NCBI GenBank assembly: GCA_030295235.1
Contig: AP026134.1
Location: 1,240,001 to 1,304,000 of the forward strand
Length of the DNA stretch: 64,000 bases
Direction of reading: 5' to 3'
Source: Fistulifera solaris
Taxonomy: Eukaryota
Of this stretch, positions 49,266 to 62,301 are shown piece after piece. The translations under genes and the position numbers were made by a program. Position 1 is the first letter of the stretch; the number at the start of each line of letters is the position of its first letter. The notes below the pieces were generated by a model. The model was not told the DNA's origin and did no database searches. It saw only the letters and a program-made list of their open reading frames with translations.

Positions 49266-50884
49266 ATGCACATGCTGCTGCCATCGCGTGTCGTTTTTCC
49301 AATGGGAATGATCTTTTTGGGGACGATGCATCGCATGCTACGCACCGCTGTCTCTTTTTCGGTCCCTCCTGTTACAAGTACGAATAGTCGAAGACTGGTG
49401 CCTACTGCAACTGCAACGCGCCTCTATTCGACAACTCCGGCTACTTCCACCTCAGCTTCATTTGCGCCCCGTGTCAAAACAGTAGATGCTAAGGAACCCA
49501 CTGATTCGGATATCACCATCAAAGGATGGGTGAGAACTATTCGCAAACAAAAACTCTAGCCTTTGCTCAAGTGAATGATGGAAGTAATTTGGGAGGCATA
49601 CAATGTGTCTTGAATTTCGACCAATTGGATGAAGCCAGTCAAGCTGCGATCGACCAAGTTACGACTGGATGTGCTGTTCAAATTACCGGTCCCCTTGTTC
49701 CGTCGCAGGGTGGTCAGCAAGCTGTCGAAGTTGCCGCAAAAACACTCCGTGTCGTCGGATTGTGCCCCGCCGATACTTATCCACTGGCAAAGAAACGGCA
49801 TTCCCTGGAATACTTGCGCAGTATTGCCCATTTGCGGCCCCGCACCAATACGATTGCGGCGGTCGCCCGTGTTCGTTCGCAACTGGCAGCTGCCATTCAT
49901 TCCTTCTTTCAATCGCAAAACTTTGTGTACGTGCAGACACCCTTGATTACGGCCAGTGATTGTGAAGGAGCCGGGGAACTCTTTCGTGTGACAACCTTGG
50001 ATTTGGAACAAGAATTGCCGCGCTTGAACAATACCGACCGTACCGTAGATTACAGTCAGGATTTTTTCGGCAAACCCGCGTTCTTAACGGTCAGTGGACA
50101 GTTGGGTGGGGAAACTCACGCTTGCGCGTTAGGTGATATTTACACGTTCGGACCGACATTTCGGGCCGAAAACAGTCAAACTACCCGTCATTTGGCAGAA
50201 TTTCACATGGTGGAACCGGAAATGGCCTTTGCGGATTTGCAAACGGCCATGGAGAATGCGGAACAACTGTTGAAATATACAGTGTCGCATGTGTTGAAGA
50301 ATTGCCAGGAAGATTTGACGTTCTTTTCGTCCTTCTATGATAAGGAATTGCTGGATCGATTGCAAAAATTGGTAGATCAACCATTTGCGCGTGTTTCATA
50401 CCGTGAAGCAATAGCATATTTGCAAGAAGAAATTGCCAAGGATCCTTCCAAATGGCAATATCCGCATGTTGAATTCGGTACCGATCTTGCCACCGAACAC
50501 GAACGCTGGTTAGCTGAAACCAAGTTTGAATCTTGCGTTTTTGTGTACAACTATCCCGCCGCCATAAAAGCGTTTTACATGCGCGCCAACGATGAAGACA
50601 ATGGTGAAACAGTAAATGCTATGGACTTGTTGGTCCCCGGTGTCGGCGAGCTGGTGGGTGGTAGTCAACGAGAAGAGCGCTTGGATGTCCTCGAACAAAA
50701 GTTGCGCGACAATAATTTGAACTTGGACGATTATTGGTGGTACTTGGATTTGCGTCGGTATGGAAGTGTTCCTCATGCGGGATACGGCTTGGGATTTGAA
50801 CGACTGGTGCAGTATGTGACGGGAATCGAGAATATTCGCGAAGCCATCGCCTTTCCGCGGTATCCTGGAAATGCGGAGTTTTGA
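49266..50884 (+). CDS. asnS: Asparaginyl-tRNA synthetase, organellar (indel ~49552)
   Basis: [61 protein letters not shown]. Confidence 0.95.
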
Positions 50885-51304
50885 GAAGAGAACTATGAAT
50901 TGAACAAATCGTCTGTAAGGAGAACTAGTTGGTTTATTTGTTCTGGCTATTTTTATTCTGAATCTTCCAACGAACTACTTTGTTATTGTACCACGTAGCT
51001 TGTTTATCAAAAAGCGTACTCTTATATATTACGATCCGCTTCTTAGCCTTGGTTTGATAGATCATCTCGACTTGATCGTTGGTCTAACGTGGAGTGCCCG
51101 AGCCCGAGGTAAAAAAATCAGATTTTTCCGGGACTAAAGTCGAGTTGAGTCACAGCATGTCAATCCTACACGTGATGGCTATAGTACCACTTTGACCATA
51201 ACCTTACTGCAACAATTAAGCTCGCATCCGCATCAATAATCTGTCAACAAAAAAGGCGCAATGACGATGATGATTCTCATTATTTACAAAATCAAATTAC
51301 AACA

Positions 51305-52141
51305 ATGACTGAGTCGTCTGTTCTCCCTCAAATAGCACCTCGCCTCTCTCTACTAGAACCTTGGACGTTGCAGGGACGCCATTACGTTGTAACTGGGGGA
51401 GCTGCGGGGATCGGTTGGGCTGTTGTGCAAGCTTTACTAGCGCACGGAGCATCAACTGTCTTATTTTGTTCACGAAGTCCCGTTGAATTATCTGAATTGC
51501 AAAAGACATATCCTGATGCAACAATCTATCATGTAGTTGCTGATGTTTCGACGGAAGAAGGACGATTTTCACTCACAGAAGCGATTACAAATAAGTTGAC
51601 TGTTCTGCATGGTTTAATCTCGAATGTCGGAACCAATGTTCGGAAATCATTTGAACTGCAAACAGCGGAAGAATATCATGCAATCCTTCGTACTAACGTA
51701 GATTCGGCTTATTTTCTTGCAAAATCCTTGTCGTCCTTGTTCATTCAAGGATCGACGATCGTACACGTTTCCTCGGCCGCCGGTGTACAAAGTTCCGGAA
51801 CAGGCATTGCTTACGGACTCAGTAAAGCGGCCTTACACGGATTGTCGCGCGGCTTGGCGTGTGAATGGGCACATCGAGGGATTCGTGTCAACGCGGTCGC
51901 TCCTTGGATGACGATGACACCTCTATTAGAAAAAGCCATTGAAGAGAATCCGAATCAACTTGATAAGGTCAAGGAATGGACCCCCATGCATCGTCTGGCG
52001 GAAGCCAAGGAAGTGGCAGCGCCAGTTGTGTTCTTGTGTTTGCCCGCGAGTTCTTACATTACAGGACAGATTCTGGGAGTTGACGGAGGATTAACGGCGC
52101 AAGGTTTTGCGGGGCCATGTGTTGATAGTACTGGAATCTAA
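51305..52141 (+). CDS. Tropinone reductase-like short-chain dehydrogenase
   Basis: W.L.G...[41 protein letters not shown]...VDGG. Confidence 0.9.
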   Translation: MTESSVLPQIAPRLSLLEPWTLQGRHYVVTGGAAGIGWAVVQALLAHGASTVLFCSRSPVELSELQKTYPDATIYHVVADVSTEEGRFSLTEAITNKLTVLHGLISNVGTNVRKSFELQTAEEYHAILRTNVDSAYFLAKSLSSLFIQGSTIVHVSSAAGVQSSGTGIAYGLSKAALHGLSRGLACEWAHRGIRVNAVAPWMTMTPLLEKAIEENPNQLDKVKEWTPMHRLAEAKEVAAPVVFLCLPASSYITGQILGVDGGLTAQGFAGPCVDSTGI

Positions 52142-52206
52142 AGAGCAAATAATGAGACATTTCGGAATATATGACTATCTGCCTTTTTCAATAGCTTATT
52201 GTGTTG

Positions 52207-53513
52207 TTAATTTGACGGTCTGACGTTAACAAATGAATCCTCTACGGTTGGATCGGGAACGCACAAGTCACCAATTAATTCTGACCCTTCACACCACGAC
52301 TGAGATACAGCTTGGTCCAGCAAACGATGGATAGCCGCATGCAATGCGGTCCGTTTCTTTTCATTCAAAGGCCACAACAAAGCTAAAGCATTCCAAGCCG
52401 GTTGTGCATGTAACAACAGATAGGTGTTTTCGGGGTTTTGTTGATAGGAGTAAAATCCCAATGTCACCGATGTCGCCAAACGACAAGCAATTAATAGAGG
52501 TATAGCTCGTCGTTCAGCTTCTGACAATTCCGTGACGCTATGGTATCCACGCAAGACAGCGGCTGCCGCCGAGATACCGCGTTGCGATTTCCCGTACGAC
52601 GATAACATGGCGTACGCCATGCATACGGCGACATCGGCGACTCGCCAAGTTTCAACGGCATCGCCATAATCAATTACACCCGTGACACGACACTGCTCAT
52701 CACAGAGAACATTCGCATCATTTAAGTCATTGTGACACACGCCGACGGGCAACTTTTGCTGGAAATCCGGCAATTGAGCTGCAAATGCATCCAGAATAGA
52801 CAGGATTCGAGCTTGTTTGTCGTCGACTGTGGGTAAATATTGTATCACAAAGGGACGAATGTCCAAGACATGCCGAAGGTTCCAAATGTGATAGCGTTGT
52901 GCTGCCTTTTTCCATGGTGCATCCTTCTCGGCATGTTGTTGAGGAAACGCGACATCGAAAGCTCGATGCAAATGTCCTAAATAAAGACCCGTGAGAAACA
53001 GGGATTCAACGGGCAAGAAGAGAATCGTCGACATGGGTCGTCCCGGAACCCACGACAATAGACGACAACACAGTGTCTGGGGTGAATGTTGCTCCGAAAC
53101 GACGGACAAGGAAGCGGATAGAACTGTTGGAGCCGTATCGATAGGATTTTCGAAGAGTTTTCGGTCTTTTCGACCGGTAGATTGGAATTTATATGAGGCA
53201 CAGGACGTAAAGCTTCCATAAGAGCATTCTGAAAGGCAATACAGGACGTCTCGGCATCTTGGAGGAACTGTTTCGATTCAACACCATTGTGGATTTTGAA
53301 TAAATAAAACGTATCATCCAGTTGCACTTTATAGTTAGCATCATCGTATGAGTCGAGCTGTTGCAGGACTCGGCATGTTTGGGCCGTGAAGTGTTGTCGA
53401 AGGAGCTGTTCTACTGCTTCAAGAGAAACTGACGGTACAAGAAGCTTTCGCCACTCTTCTTCAGTTCGTTCTGCGTCACTTTTCTTGTTGTTATCACTGG
53501 AATAGGGGGACAT
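52207..53513 (-). CDS. HYKK: Hydroxylysine kinase-like (APH phosphotransferase), indel ~53147
   Basis: LDSYDD.NY, KIHNGVES, RLL.WVPG, R.H.WNL, HNDLNDAN, GVID.GD, P.N.YLL.H..PAW. Confidence 0.8.
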
Positions 53514-54341
53514 TTCCAATGTAGCTTTAAGTCGTTAGGTGATAAGTAGCAAAAATTAGCAACCTTGAATTCTTTAATCGATCTTTCAAGTTGAATGTGC
53601 TATTCGTAAGCGGATTCAGATAGGAACTTGGCGAAATTTAATGTGCATCGTGACTGAAAACGCTATAGTAATCAAGGAAAATAACGATCCGCAAAAAGTC
53701 ATGGATTTGCGTTAAAATCGAGCTGAAATTGATTTTAAAACGCTGCAGCAGGCAAGGTAACAGATTTAAAGCTATAGGGCGTTTACAGACTGGTAGAACG
53801 AACGGAAAGTAGGATTCATTCATGACTGAGATGCAGTCGTGACAAATGTCGCGGACACTATCCCTTCGCGAATGTTGATGAATTTCACATTTTCTACGCC
53901 TATAATATTAACAAAGGTGGTAGAAGTTCAAATTAAAACAAACACTATTTTTAAACCAATCCATAGTTTATTCTGGAAAGTGGGTCTATCGTACAAGGAA
54001 AACCCAGCGTCGACTAGAACCTCCCTTCAACGTAATTTAAACTAGCGATAGAGAAAAAAGTGAGTGCATTCGATCCCGTAATAAGTGAAATTTGCGATTG
54101 TTTTTTATCATTGTTGTCAATAGAGTTGTTGTTGCTGCTTGACATTTTGCAATCTTTACTTATCAACTAATTAAGCGGAAAAAGAAAGACAAAACCTAAA
54201 CGCAGCAATCCGGTCAGCCCTTTTCGTCCGACCAGCATAGTTGTACTTTTTAATCGAGAGGCTAAAAGCTGTATACAGCAAACTGGGATACTTCTAAGCA
54301 TTCTGACATCTAGAAAATGCAGACAGCCCTTCTCGTGGGCA

Positions 54342-54839
54342 TTATTGCGCCACATGACTCGCTGATTGCAAAAACTCCACCATAGCTTTCAATTGCACCA
54401 ATTCTTCGTCGTCGTCTTCGTGATCCGGATCTTCTAATATTTCTCGCAATTCTGCTTGCTTTGCCTCTAATGCAGTTTGTTGTTCTTGATTGCGCTGATA
54501 AAGAAGTGTTGGTTGTTTTTCTAAGAGTATTTGTGCCGCGGGAACCGTTGTAGCATGATGCAAAGCCGTATCTCCATCATGATCTGTAGCATCGACACGA
54601 ACTTGCGGTTGTTGCAACAGCCATTCCATGACAGATATTTGACCGTAGGATGCAGCTGCTTGTAGCAATGTGTAGCCGTTCTCATCAGCACAATCGGGAG
54701 TTTGTTGCAAAGTACGCAAACAGTCTTTTAGTATGATCAAGTAACCTTCCGATGCAGCACTCCACAAAGTGGAAGGATCGTCTAAGGGCCAATCGTGTGT
54801 GTTGCTGTTTGCACTGGGGCGTCCTAAGCCGAATGACAT
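54342..54839 (-). CDS. Ankyrin-repeat protein
   Basis: DENGYT.L.AAASYG, D.DGDTALH. Confidence 0.85.
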   Translation of the reverse strand: MSFGLGRPSANSNTHDWPLDDPSTLWSAASEGYLIILKDCLRTLQQTPDCADENGYTLLQAAASYGQISVMEWLLQQPQVRVDATDHDGDTALHHATTVPAAQILLEKQPTLLYQRNQEQQTALEAKQAELREILEDPDHEDDDEELVQLKAMVEFLQSASHVAQ

Positions 54840-55240
54840 TATTTCTTTTGTTTTTCGTTAAGTAGAAGAGGAATTGCTGAACGAAACGAAGAAGAAGAAT
54901 ATATATTGCAACTACTGTTATAGAGATTTGTTGGTTGCTAGTTATAGAAATATTGGATGGAGATTAAGGAGACCGACGACTGACAGACGGAAGTCATTCA
55001 TGACTGCCATAATATAATGAGAACCGTAAACCGTCGTGTGTTGAGACGACGACGACCTCCTCCTCACTCCTTCCACTTCCACGTCAGATCAATCGCGATC
55101 GCCTCACTCTCGTCTTATTGTACTTTTCTTCCTTTTCTCACAATACTTTCTACCGACACAACGGTTCTCTATCTGTTCCATTTCATAATCAATGCTATTT
55201 ACTCTTCTACCTCTTCCACCTTTTTGCCTCTGAAGAAAAC

Positions 55241-56728
55241 ATGCGGGGCGTTGCTGTAATCCGTCTGCTGTTCAGCTACTACCTGGCATCACAGAGTTGT
55301 TCTGCACTGCAAACTACTAAGCCTTCTCTTTCATCGGCATCACTGCAACGACTCAATCAAGTGACTTCTGCTACACATGCACAGCAAATATTACAGCAAG
55401 CAACACAAGACAGTCCAAATCGTCTCTATGCATCGATAAAAATTCCTACGGGTGCGAGTAGCCGAGGAATTTCCGATGGTGATTTGGCCATTCAAACACG
55501 ACTCGTCAACAAACAGTATACGATCGAAGAACTCTGTTTTGATGCAGTAACGGGGCAACGCGATGCGAATCGAGCATCCTGGGCTGTTCTTTGTATCATG
55601 ATTGCTAGTGTTTCATCGACGATATTGGTACAAAGTATCACGCTCGGACCCGAAATACTACGTTTTGTGGTGGCTTGGTGTACTTGTTTTGCGCCTTTGT
55701 TCTTCGCTGGATACGGCATTGCGCGAACGGAACAATTACAAGCTGTCTTGGCCAATGTACAACGACAGCTCTTTCCTTCTTATCGGAAACGGTTACTGCA
55801 GCACGAAGCTGGTCATTTTCTCATGGGGTATTTGTTAGGATGGCCGATACAAAATTATCAATTGGAGGATGGATTGCAACAAGCGGTGCTATTCTATCCG
55901 TTAGCGGATGAGTTTGTCGGAGTTACTCGAGCGCAGCAATTGGGATTTGATAGCAACAGGAAACGAAGAGACGAGACATCACTAGAAGAGCAGAAGGAAG
56001 TGAGTGCTCCGTTTTACAGTTCTCAAGGACGTGGTCAACGAGAGTTGTTAGAACAATCTGTCTTTCGGAAGAACGCCAATTATGACAACAGAGACCAGAA
56101 ACAACAAGATTTTTCACGCTTACCCAAACTTCAAGATCCTACGACTGTATGGCCGTACAAAGGATTCTCCGATGCGGTTTTGGATCAAATCACCGTCGTA
56201 AGTGTAGCGGGTGTTTGTGCCGAACTATTGCTGACGGGCAGTGCGGAAGGAGGTGTTGCCGATCTACAACAGCTAACAGTCATTTTAAAAGAATCTTCGG
56301 CTGAAATTCTCACGGAACGTGATGTGTGTAACAAAATACGGTACGCACTAGGATTTTCAATGAGTCAGCTGCGAAGACATTTGGGGGTTTTGGATGCACT
56401 TGCCGAGGCTATGGATGAAGGCAAGAGTATAGCTGAGTGTGTTTATGTGATGGAGACGTGTTCGAATGTCAGTGGACAAACACTGACTGTTCCAGATTAT
56501 GAGTTGCAGCGACGGCAAGCATATCGAGAGGGTAATTGGTTGGAGCGGGCTCTGTTAGGAGAAACCAAACATTTGGACGCCGACGAGGACCGATTCGTGC
56601 AAGGCAAGGGTGGAGGTTCACGGAAGGAAACTTTTCGACTCACAGGAGATGATCCCCTTTACCTCGCGCTTGCCCTTTCGTTTTGCTTCTTTATTTGGGC
56701 CAGCAATGGTGGACTGTCCTTACATTAA
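55241..56728 (+). CDS. FtsH/M41 peptidase-like domain protein lacking the AAA domain, probably plastid
   Basis: Signal-like N-terminus, two TMs, R.L.HEAGHFL.GYLLG.P, AG..AE, GG..DL. Confidence 0.75.
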   Translation: MRGVAVIRLLFSYYLASQSCSALQTTKPSLSSASLQRLNQVTSATHAQQILQQATQDSPNRLYASIKIPTGASSRGISDGDLAIQTRLVNKQYTIEELCFDAVTGQRDANRASWAVLCIMIASVSSTILVQSITLGPEILRFVVAWCTCFAPLFFAGYGIARTEQLQAVLANVQRQLFPSYRKRLLQHEAGHFLMGYLLGWPIQNYQLEDGLQQAVLFYPLADEFVGVTRAQQLGFDSNRKRRDETSLEEQKEVSAPFYSSQGRGQRELLEQSVFRKNANYDNRDQKQQDFSRLPKLQDPTTVWPYKGFSDAVLDQITVVSVAGVCAELLLTGSAEGGVADLQQLTVILKESSAEILTERDVCNKIRYALGFSMSQLRRHLGVLDALAEAMDEGKSIAECVYVMETCSNVSGQTLTVPDYELQRRQAYREGNWLERALLGETKHLDADEDRFVQGKGGGSRKETFRLTGDDPLYLALALSFCFFIWASNGGLSLH

Positions 56729-56810
56729 ACGAAGAAAGAGCTACGCATTCCAGAAGCTTCGACGAAAATACATAGCTACGTTGAATTCATTGTTGATTGA
56801 CGATAAGCAT

Positions 56811-58977
56811 TTACTTTTGGATTATGGTGAGAATCTTGTTGGTGCGAGCCTTGATGAAGTGCTCACGAACGACGTTCCACTCGTTCATTTTGTCTCCCTC
56901 GTCAATTAGAAGAGAGACCCAGCATCGCGCTTGTTGTCGCGGTAGCGGGTCACGATGCGTGGACCCTTTATAGGTCCGATTGATGTGAGGAAGACTACGA
57001 TCTTCGGAGACCTGCAATCCAAGTGACAGTTGCGTAAAGATCGGGAGACGCGACGGTTCACTTTTGGGTTCCGCTGCAGTTTCAACACAATCAAGATTGG
57101 GAATCATTGGAAGACCATGACTTGTCGAACTGTCCGAATCCTGATACTTCATGTCGACGAAGCCTTTCCAGATAGTATTTGTGGGGCCATCGACGTCGTT
57201 CAACTGATACTCACTATCAATACTAGGGACCGGAGTTTTCTTGTCGGTTATTTCTCGGCCTTTGTTCACTGGCCATTCCCATCGCAACCAATGCTGTTTT
57301 TGAAGCTCGAACCGTTCTTTCAGTTGCTCCTTCTTTTCATCCAACAATTTCAAGGACTCGTATCGATCTTTCATGTTGCTCATGAGTTCGGTTTGCAGGA
57401 CGTCGAGACGGTGCTTCAACATATCGGTTCCGAGGTAAAATGCATCCCCGTCATGAGAGCGGATCATGGTGAAGTGATCGATCGAATCGAATGCGGACGG
57501 CTTGACAGGACGGTCGTTATCTTCGCGTTTGAGGGAACGTTTCCAACGAAATCGCTTTGCTTGCTGGGGTGTGCACATTCCGACACTTGCTTCGTCGATG
57601 TTGAACCACAACGCCACTCCCCGCACAGTAGGATCCTCATCGGGACCAAACGCAATCTCTCGCACCAGAATATGTTCATCTTTGTGAGATCGATAGTCCG
57701 AAATCGGAATCTCATTGACAACAAGGTTCTTGACGGAGAAGGCTCGTTTTTGAAGCACCATACAAAGCTCTTCGTAAACGACATGCTGTGGACGGTATTT
57801 GTACTGCCACTCGGGAGAGGAACCGCGCATTTGCAACGCAATTTGTAGCTTGACGATGGGAGGGACCGCTTTCTTTTGACGGCGACCGTCGACCCATCCA
57901 TTCTTGACGTAATTGATGTTGCACACGAGCTTGTAATATTCACTCCAGTTCTCGTTCACCATGCTGAACTGGTGTCCGAACGGATGGCCCATCAAGATGT
58001 GATTCTGGCGCTTTTGATTGAGAGCTTCCACGTTAATATCGGTTGCCATGGTATTCCCTTGTGTCTCCGTCTGTGGCAACCACGAGTGATAGGTTCCTCC
58101 GACACGAGGATCGTGAATACTGGTACAGCGTTTACCGAAAGGACTTCGTCGATAGTCGAGAGTAAGTTGAGGTATAACAATGCTTACAAAACAGCTGACC
58201 TCATGCAAACATAGTTCTTACCATGAACCTGTGGAGATCCAAGTAAAGCACGGCTTGATGCGATACGTTTCCTTATCCACCAACCCGGCTTCATGCAAAT
58301 CCCATAATTTGGTCATTTGCAATTCTTCTTCTCCGTGCGCATAGGTGCATTCTGTTGCAAGTCAAGATAGAGTCAAGTGAGTGCGATGGCGCAGCGATGC
58401 AGTGCAACAATCAAACTAATATGCTCCACTTACCCGAACCAAACGGACACATTTTCCCGTTCATGTAATGTATGCACATTTCTGTTTTAATACGAGTCTT
58501 CCGATTCAATTCATCATCCGTTGATGTAGCGGTTGCGACTTGTTTGAAAGGCGATTTCTTCCCGAGAGGACTTTTAAGTCGCGGCGATGCACGAAACGTG
58601 CTGTTGGCTGGACTGCTGTTCCAACGCATCATTCCGAAGGAATCATCTCCCCATGACTCGGACACTGTATCTTCTGTGACGAGACTTCGCATCGAAGGAG
58701 ACGTTGTTCCGTTCTTTTGATAGACGGGAGGCGTGTAACGACCCGCTGTGTTTCGTTCTTCTTTGATGGGTACAAAATCGTACGGAGAACGCGGCTGCGG
58801 AGTGCTCCAACCTCGCGAAACAACCGTAACAGGACTTGTCATCCCATCGTCTCCGGTATGAGGAATTTCAATGCATTGTATGCTCGGAGATTGTGTGCGG
58901 GAACGCGAAGGGATAGGACGACGAATGTGAAGAGGAGAATGATGCTTAGGTGATTGTTGCGGACGATACGGTAGCAT
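56811..58977 (-). CDS. Tandem CCCH zinc-finger protein (introns 58433..58352 and 58221..58144)
   Basis: KTEMC.H....[32 protein letters not shown]; one indel ~58303. Confidence 0.85.
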
Positions 58978-59599
58978 GTTATGGCTCTCTGTGCACAGAA
59001 GGAGGAGTTTCGCTTCGATGTATCGATAAGCGAGTGCAAGAAAGACAAACAGGAGGCACAATACACTTTTAAATGAAGTGATTTGTCTGTCGAGGAAGTG
59101 AGAACCTGTTTGTGATGATGAAAAACGAGAGAGGAAAAGCGAGGTTTGTTGGATGCATCCTCCTTCTTGGGCTTGGGTGGCATAAAGAAAACAAGACGTT
59201 CCCATACGCCAAATTGGCAACTTATCTACTGTGTAAAGTCATTTCACCGTTATACTATAACGCTAAATGTGGCCGGCATGGAGTTTTTTCACAGTTGCAA
59301 ACACGCGAAAAACGTTATACAGACTAAATGTACTAATGTAATACTTGAGGAAACAAAAACTGAAAACCGCTTCAACCTGTTTTCGCAAATGATTATTGAT
59401 TGTCATCATCTGTGATCGGTGCATCCACAATGTATTGATCCTCAACCCTTGTGATGATGAGCTGTGAAAAGAGCTCGTTTGCACCGCCAAAATTGCAGTC
59501 GAGTGTAGCGCACAAATACAAGTAGATACGAAAGTCAAGCTATCTCTTTTACTGATAATATTATTCACTTGTACAAGAACCAACAACAAGAAATAGACC

Positions 59600-61067
59600 A
59601 TGATACAAAATTTGCAGTTACCGTTAAATCACTTGTGGTACAAAGTAATGGGACCTACAACAAAGCACTTTGAATTGGAAGTGTATTTGTGGTTCGCGTC
59701 GCTACTTTTCATCATTTCCAGTTGGCAAGGTCTTTACAAAGAATTTCCTCCTTTGCGTTTGTTACTCATTGTAGGAATTGCATCGTCTCGACCTCTTTTC
59801 GCAAGATGGTTTATATCCCATTACAATCCTCGTTTACTGTCAGCGGGGCATGTCATGGAAGTTACAGAAGTTACTCCGCCGACACTCATCTCAACTTACT
59901 GGACACGTTATTGGCCTCAATGGATGCCGCCATTGCCATCTTTTGCTACTTTGCTTCCCATTTCTGTATTACTACTTTATATCAAAGCTTTCTGGAATTT
60001 GGAAGAGAGAGAGGATACTATTTCATGGAATTTATTAGCCATGGAACATCGACCAGACTTGAATTTGCCTGGACCGGCTGGCTTTTATTCGACCGAACGT
60101 CCTGATTGGAGACATGTGTTCTTCTACTTCACGGTTGGAGGTATTGTGGGCAGTATTTTGGTTTTTGGAAGACTTTTCCCGCCTCTACCGGATTTTGTGG
60201 CCGGCTCCACTGTCTATCAGACGATCAAATCAATTTATCCGAAACAAACATCCTCGCCTTCGACAATTACCGGTCCCGAACGCTTTTTTCCCGTCACCAA
60301 CTGCGACCGACTAAATCTTCATTTGAAGTTGCTCGTACTTCGGCTACTCGAAACCGTTTGCGTGTGTGGGTGGCTTCCTCGATCGGAATGGATGCTGCGA
60401 TTCCTTCGTCAACGAAACACCATGATTGATCTGGAATACTTTTTATTTTTTGCTGGTATCACAGGACCGCGTCGCAAAGATATACCCGAACCACTATCGG
60501 ATTCGTATTCGGCCTCGTGGATTTATGCAAGCCTTGTCTCGTCGACGGTCTTTTTTACTAGTGGCGCAGTCTTTGTTGACCGATCGCTCGTATCTTTCGA
60601 CTCTGGCATTTTGGTCGACCGAATGGAGACTCACAGAACCTCAGCAACAGCCACAGCAAGCCTCTCTTTGGGACGCTCGACACAAATACAAACCGGGTGA
60701 TTTTTGTGTCTACAACAATCTTACGTACCAGGCTGTGTTACACCATCCGCAAGGACCACCTATGCTTCGGTCGACACGGTGGATGAATTGGCTGTATGAG
60801 TGGTTGCAGGCCGAAGTAGGACACGGTGTGATGCATTCCCGAATTTGGTCCGAATTGCTACGCGTTCAATCTGTCTTGGTGATGGTGTTCCTAGTGCTCT
60901 GGTGTTTCGCCTTTTCTTCCTGGAGCAGTGGCTTGGGGACAGCGTTCCTAGCACACTTGGTGGTGTGGTATGGCTTGGTGCAAGTGGGTTCCACCGATTA
61001 CGTTGCGTTACAGAAACTGGCGACTGAAGTTCAAGTGACTTCCGAAATTGCGTTGAAAGTGTTATGA
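59600..61067 (+). CDS. Multi-pass membrane protein, TMEM39-like C-terminus (indel ~60555)
   Basis: Several TMs; W....KY.PG..C.Y....YQA......P segment recalls TMEM39; ORFs join at the T-run 60551-60557. Confidence 0.5.
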
Positions 61068-61248
61068 AACGTGGGTAGGTTAATAAAGGGAACCATAGGT
61101 TACGTTTATTAGGGAGTAAGAGGCTAACCTAGTAATATTGCGCTCTTGATTTATTATACATCGATATGACGAGCCGCTGAAAAGGATAATGTGTTTCGAT
61201 TCGACAGAGGAGAGTAGCAACCTTTTCCTACTCCACCGTTCTTTTGCT

Positions 61249-61663
61249 TTAAATGGACTCACTTTTCTTGGTTTGCTCTAAAGACTTCAATCGTTCCATA
61301 GCCTTTTCGTACTTGTCTTTCCATTCATCCAGTTCGTCTTCTAACTCGTTGATTTTTTGAACGAATACGCTGACGACTAGCTGCAGCACTCTCTCGATTG
61401 CGGACGCGACGAGCTTCCCGTCGCCACGCGGCAAGTTGATCTTTGTTCATCGGTACGGAAGGATCATAACGAACTTGTGTTTTCTTTTTGCCTTTGTTGT
61501 GATGAGGAGGCGCGTCATCGGCTTTGCGCTTCTTGGGTTCACTCGAGTCCGTTTCTGTTTCCATTTCGTTGTCAACCTCGTCACGTTGTGATGTAATAAT
61601 GGCTTTCCGACGTTTGCGAGCTTCCGCTGGGTCTGTCTTTTTTGTATCCGTATCGTCCTTCAT
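61249..61663 (-). CDS. bZIP transcription factor (indel ~61355)
   Basis: RYDP.VPM.K.QL.AWRREARRVRNRESAAASRQ.IR.KINELE.EL..WK.KY. Confidence 0.85.
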
Positions 61664-61862
61664 TTTCGTTTGTATAGGAAATGCGTGGGTTGAAAATGTG
61701 AAGCAAGACACAAAGAATGCGCCGTCTGTAACTACCTTCTCGCGTCGAAGAAAGTACTTTGTAGTTCAACAATTCAATCCGTGCAACACGCGGAAGTCCT
61801 CTTGGTCTTACACGTTGAATGAAATCGTTTCAAGACGCGAAAGCGTGTCGCTGCTGTGTCAG

Positions 61863-61941
61863 GGAAGGACGTTAAAATTCTGCCTCCCAGTACAAGATTC
61901 TACGTAGCGTCTACGACAAGGCAGAATTTAAACGCCATTAC
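61863..61941 (-). mobile_element. MITE family A, copy 5 (TSD CAG)
   Basis: Reverse match to copy 1; CAG at 61860-61862 and 61942-61944. Confidence 0.85.
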
Positions 61942-62301
61942 CAGAAATTTGGATGGCGTTTCGGCGAAGCAATACTGACGCAGCGGTACTAAAAACGTCG
62001 AACTGACGTTCATGCCCCTCGCGCGCGCTGCGCGAAGACAATTGCCGCGTGGCATTTTTGGAAGTACTTTGTATTCTTGACGACTTCCTCTTGACATCTC
62101 TTTTCGCCAGTTTGCTACGTCACCCATGACTATCCATAATAATGTAGGCGACGAAGGAATCGTGTTGCAGACCCGCACCTCGTTTTCTCTCACTCCAGCG
62201 TTATTTTTTGCATTCACTACCTTTGTCAGTTTCCTTGAAATTCATTGAAAGAACCATTGAATAAACAATCATCTTTTTCATTGCAATCACAAGTCATCGT
62301 C

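Noticed and set aside
49540..49560. Programmed ribosomal frameshifting or mass pseudogenisation (AsnRS, TOP3A, BUD20, etc.)
   Set aside because: Breaks go in both directions, sit mostly at homopolymers and share no stimulatory signal, matching long-read error.
30270..53513. AcnX, sulfurtransferase, methyltransferase, SDR and HYKK as one biosynthetic gene cluster
   Set aside because: Spread over 23 kb and interleaved with housekeeping genes (ERD2, AsnRS, SNARE); no core synthase.
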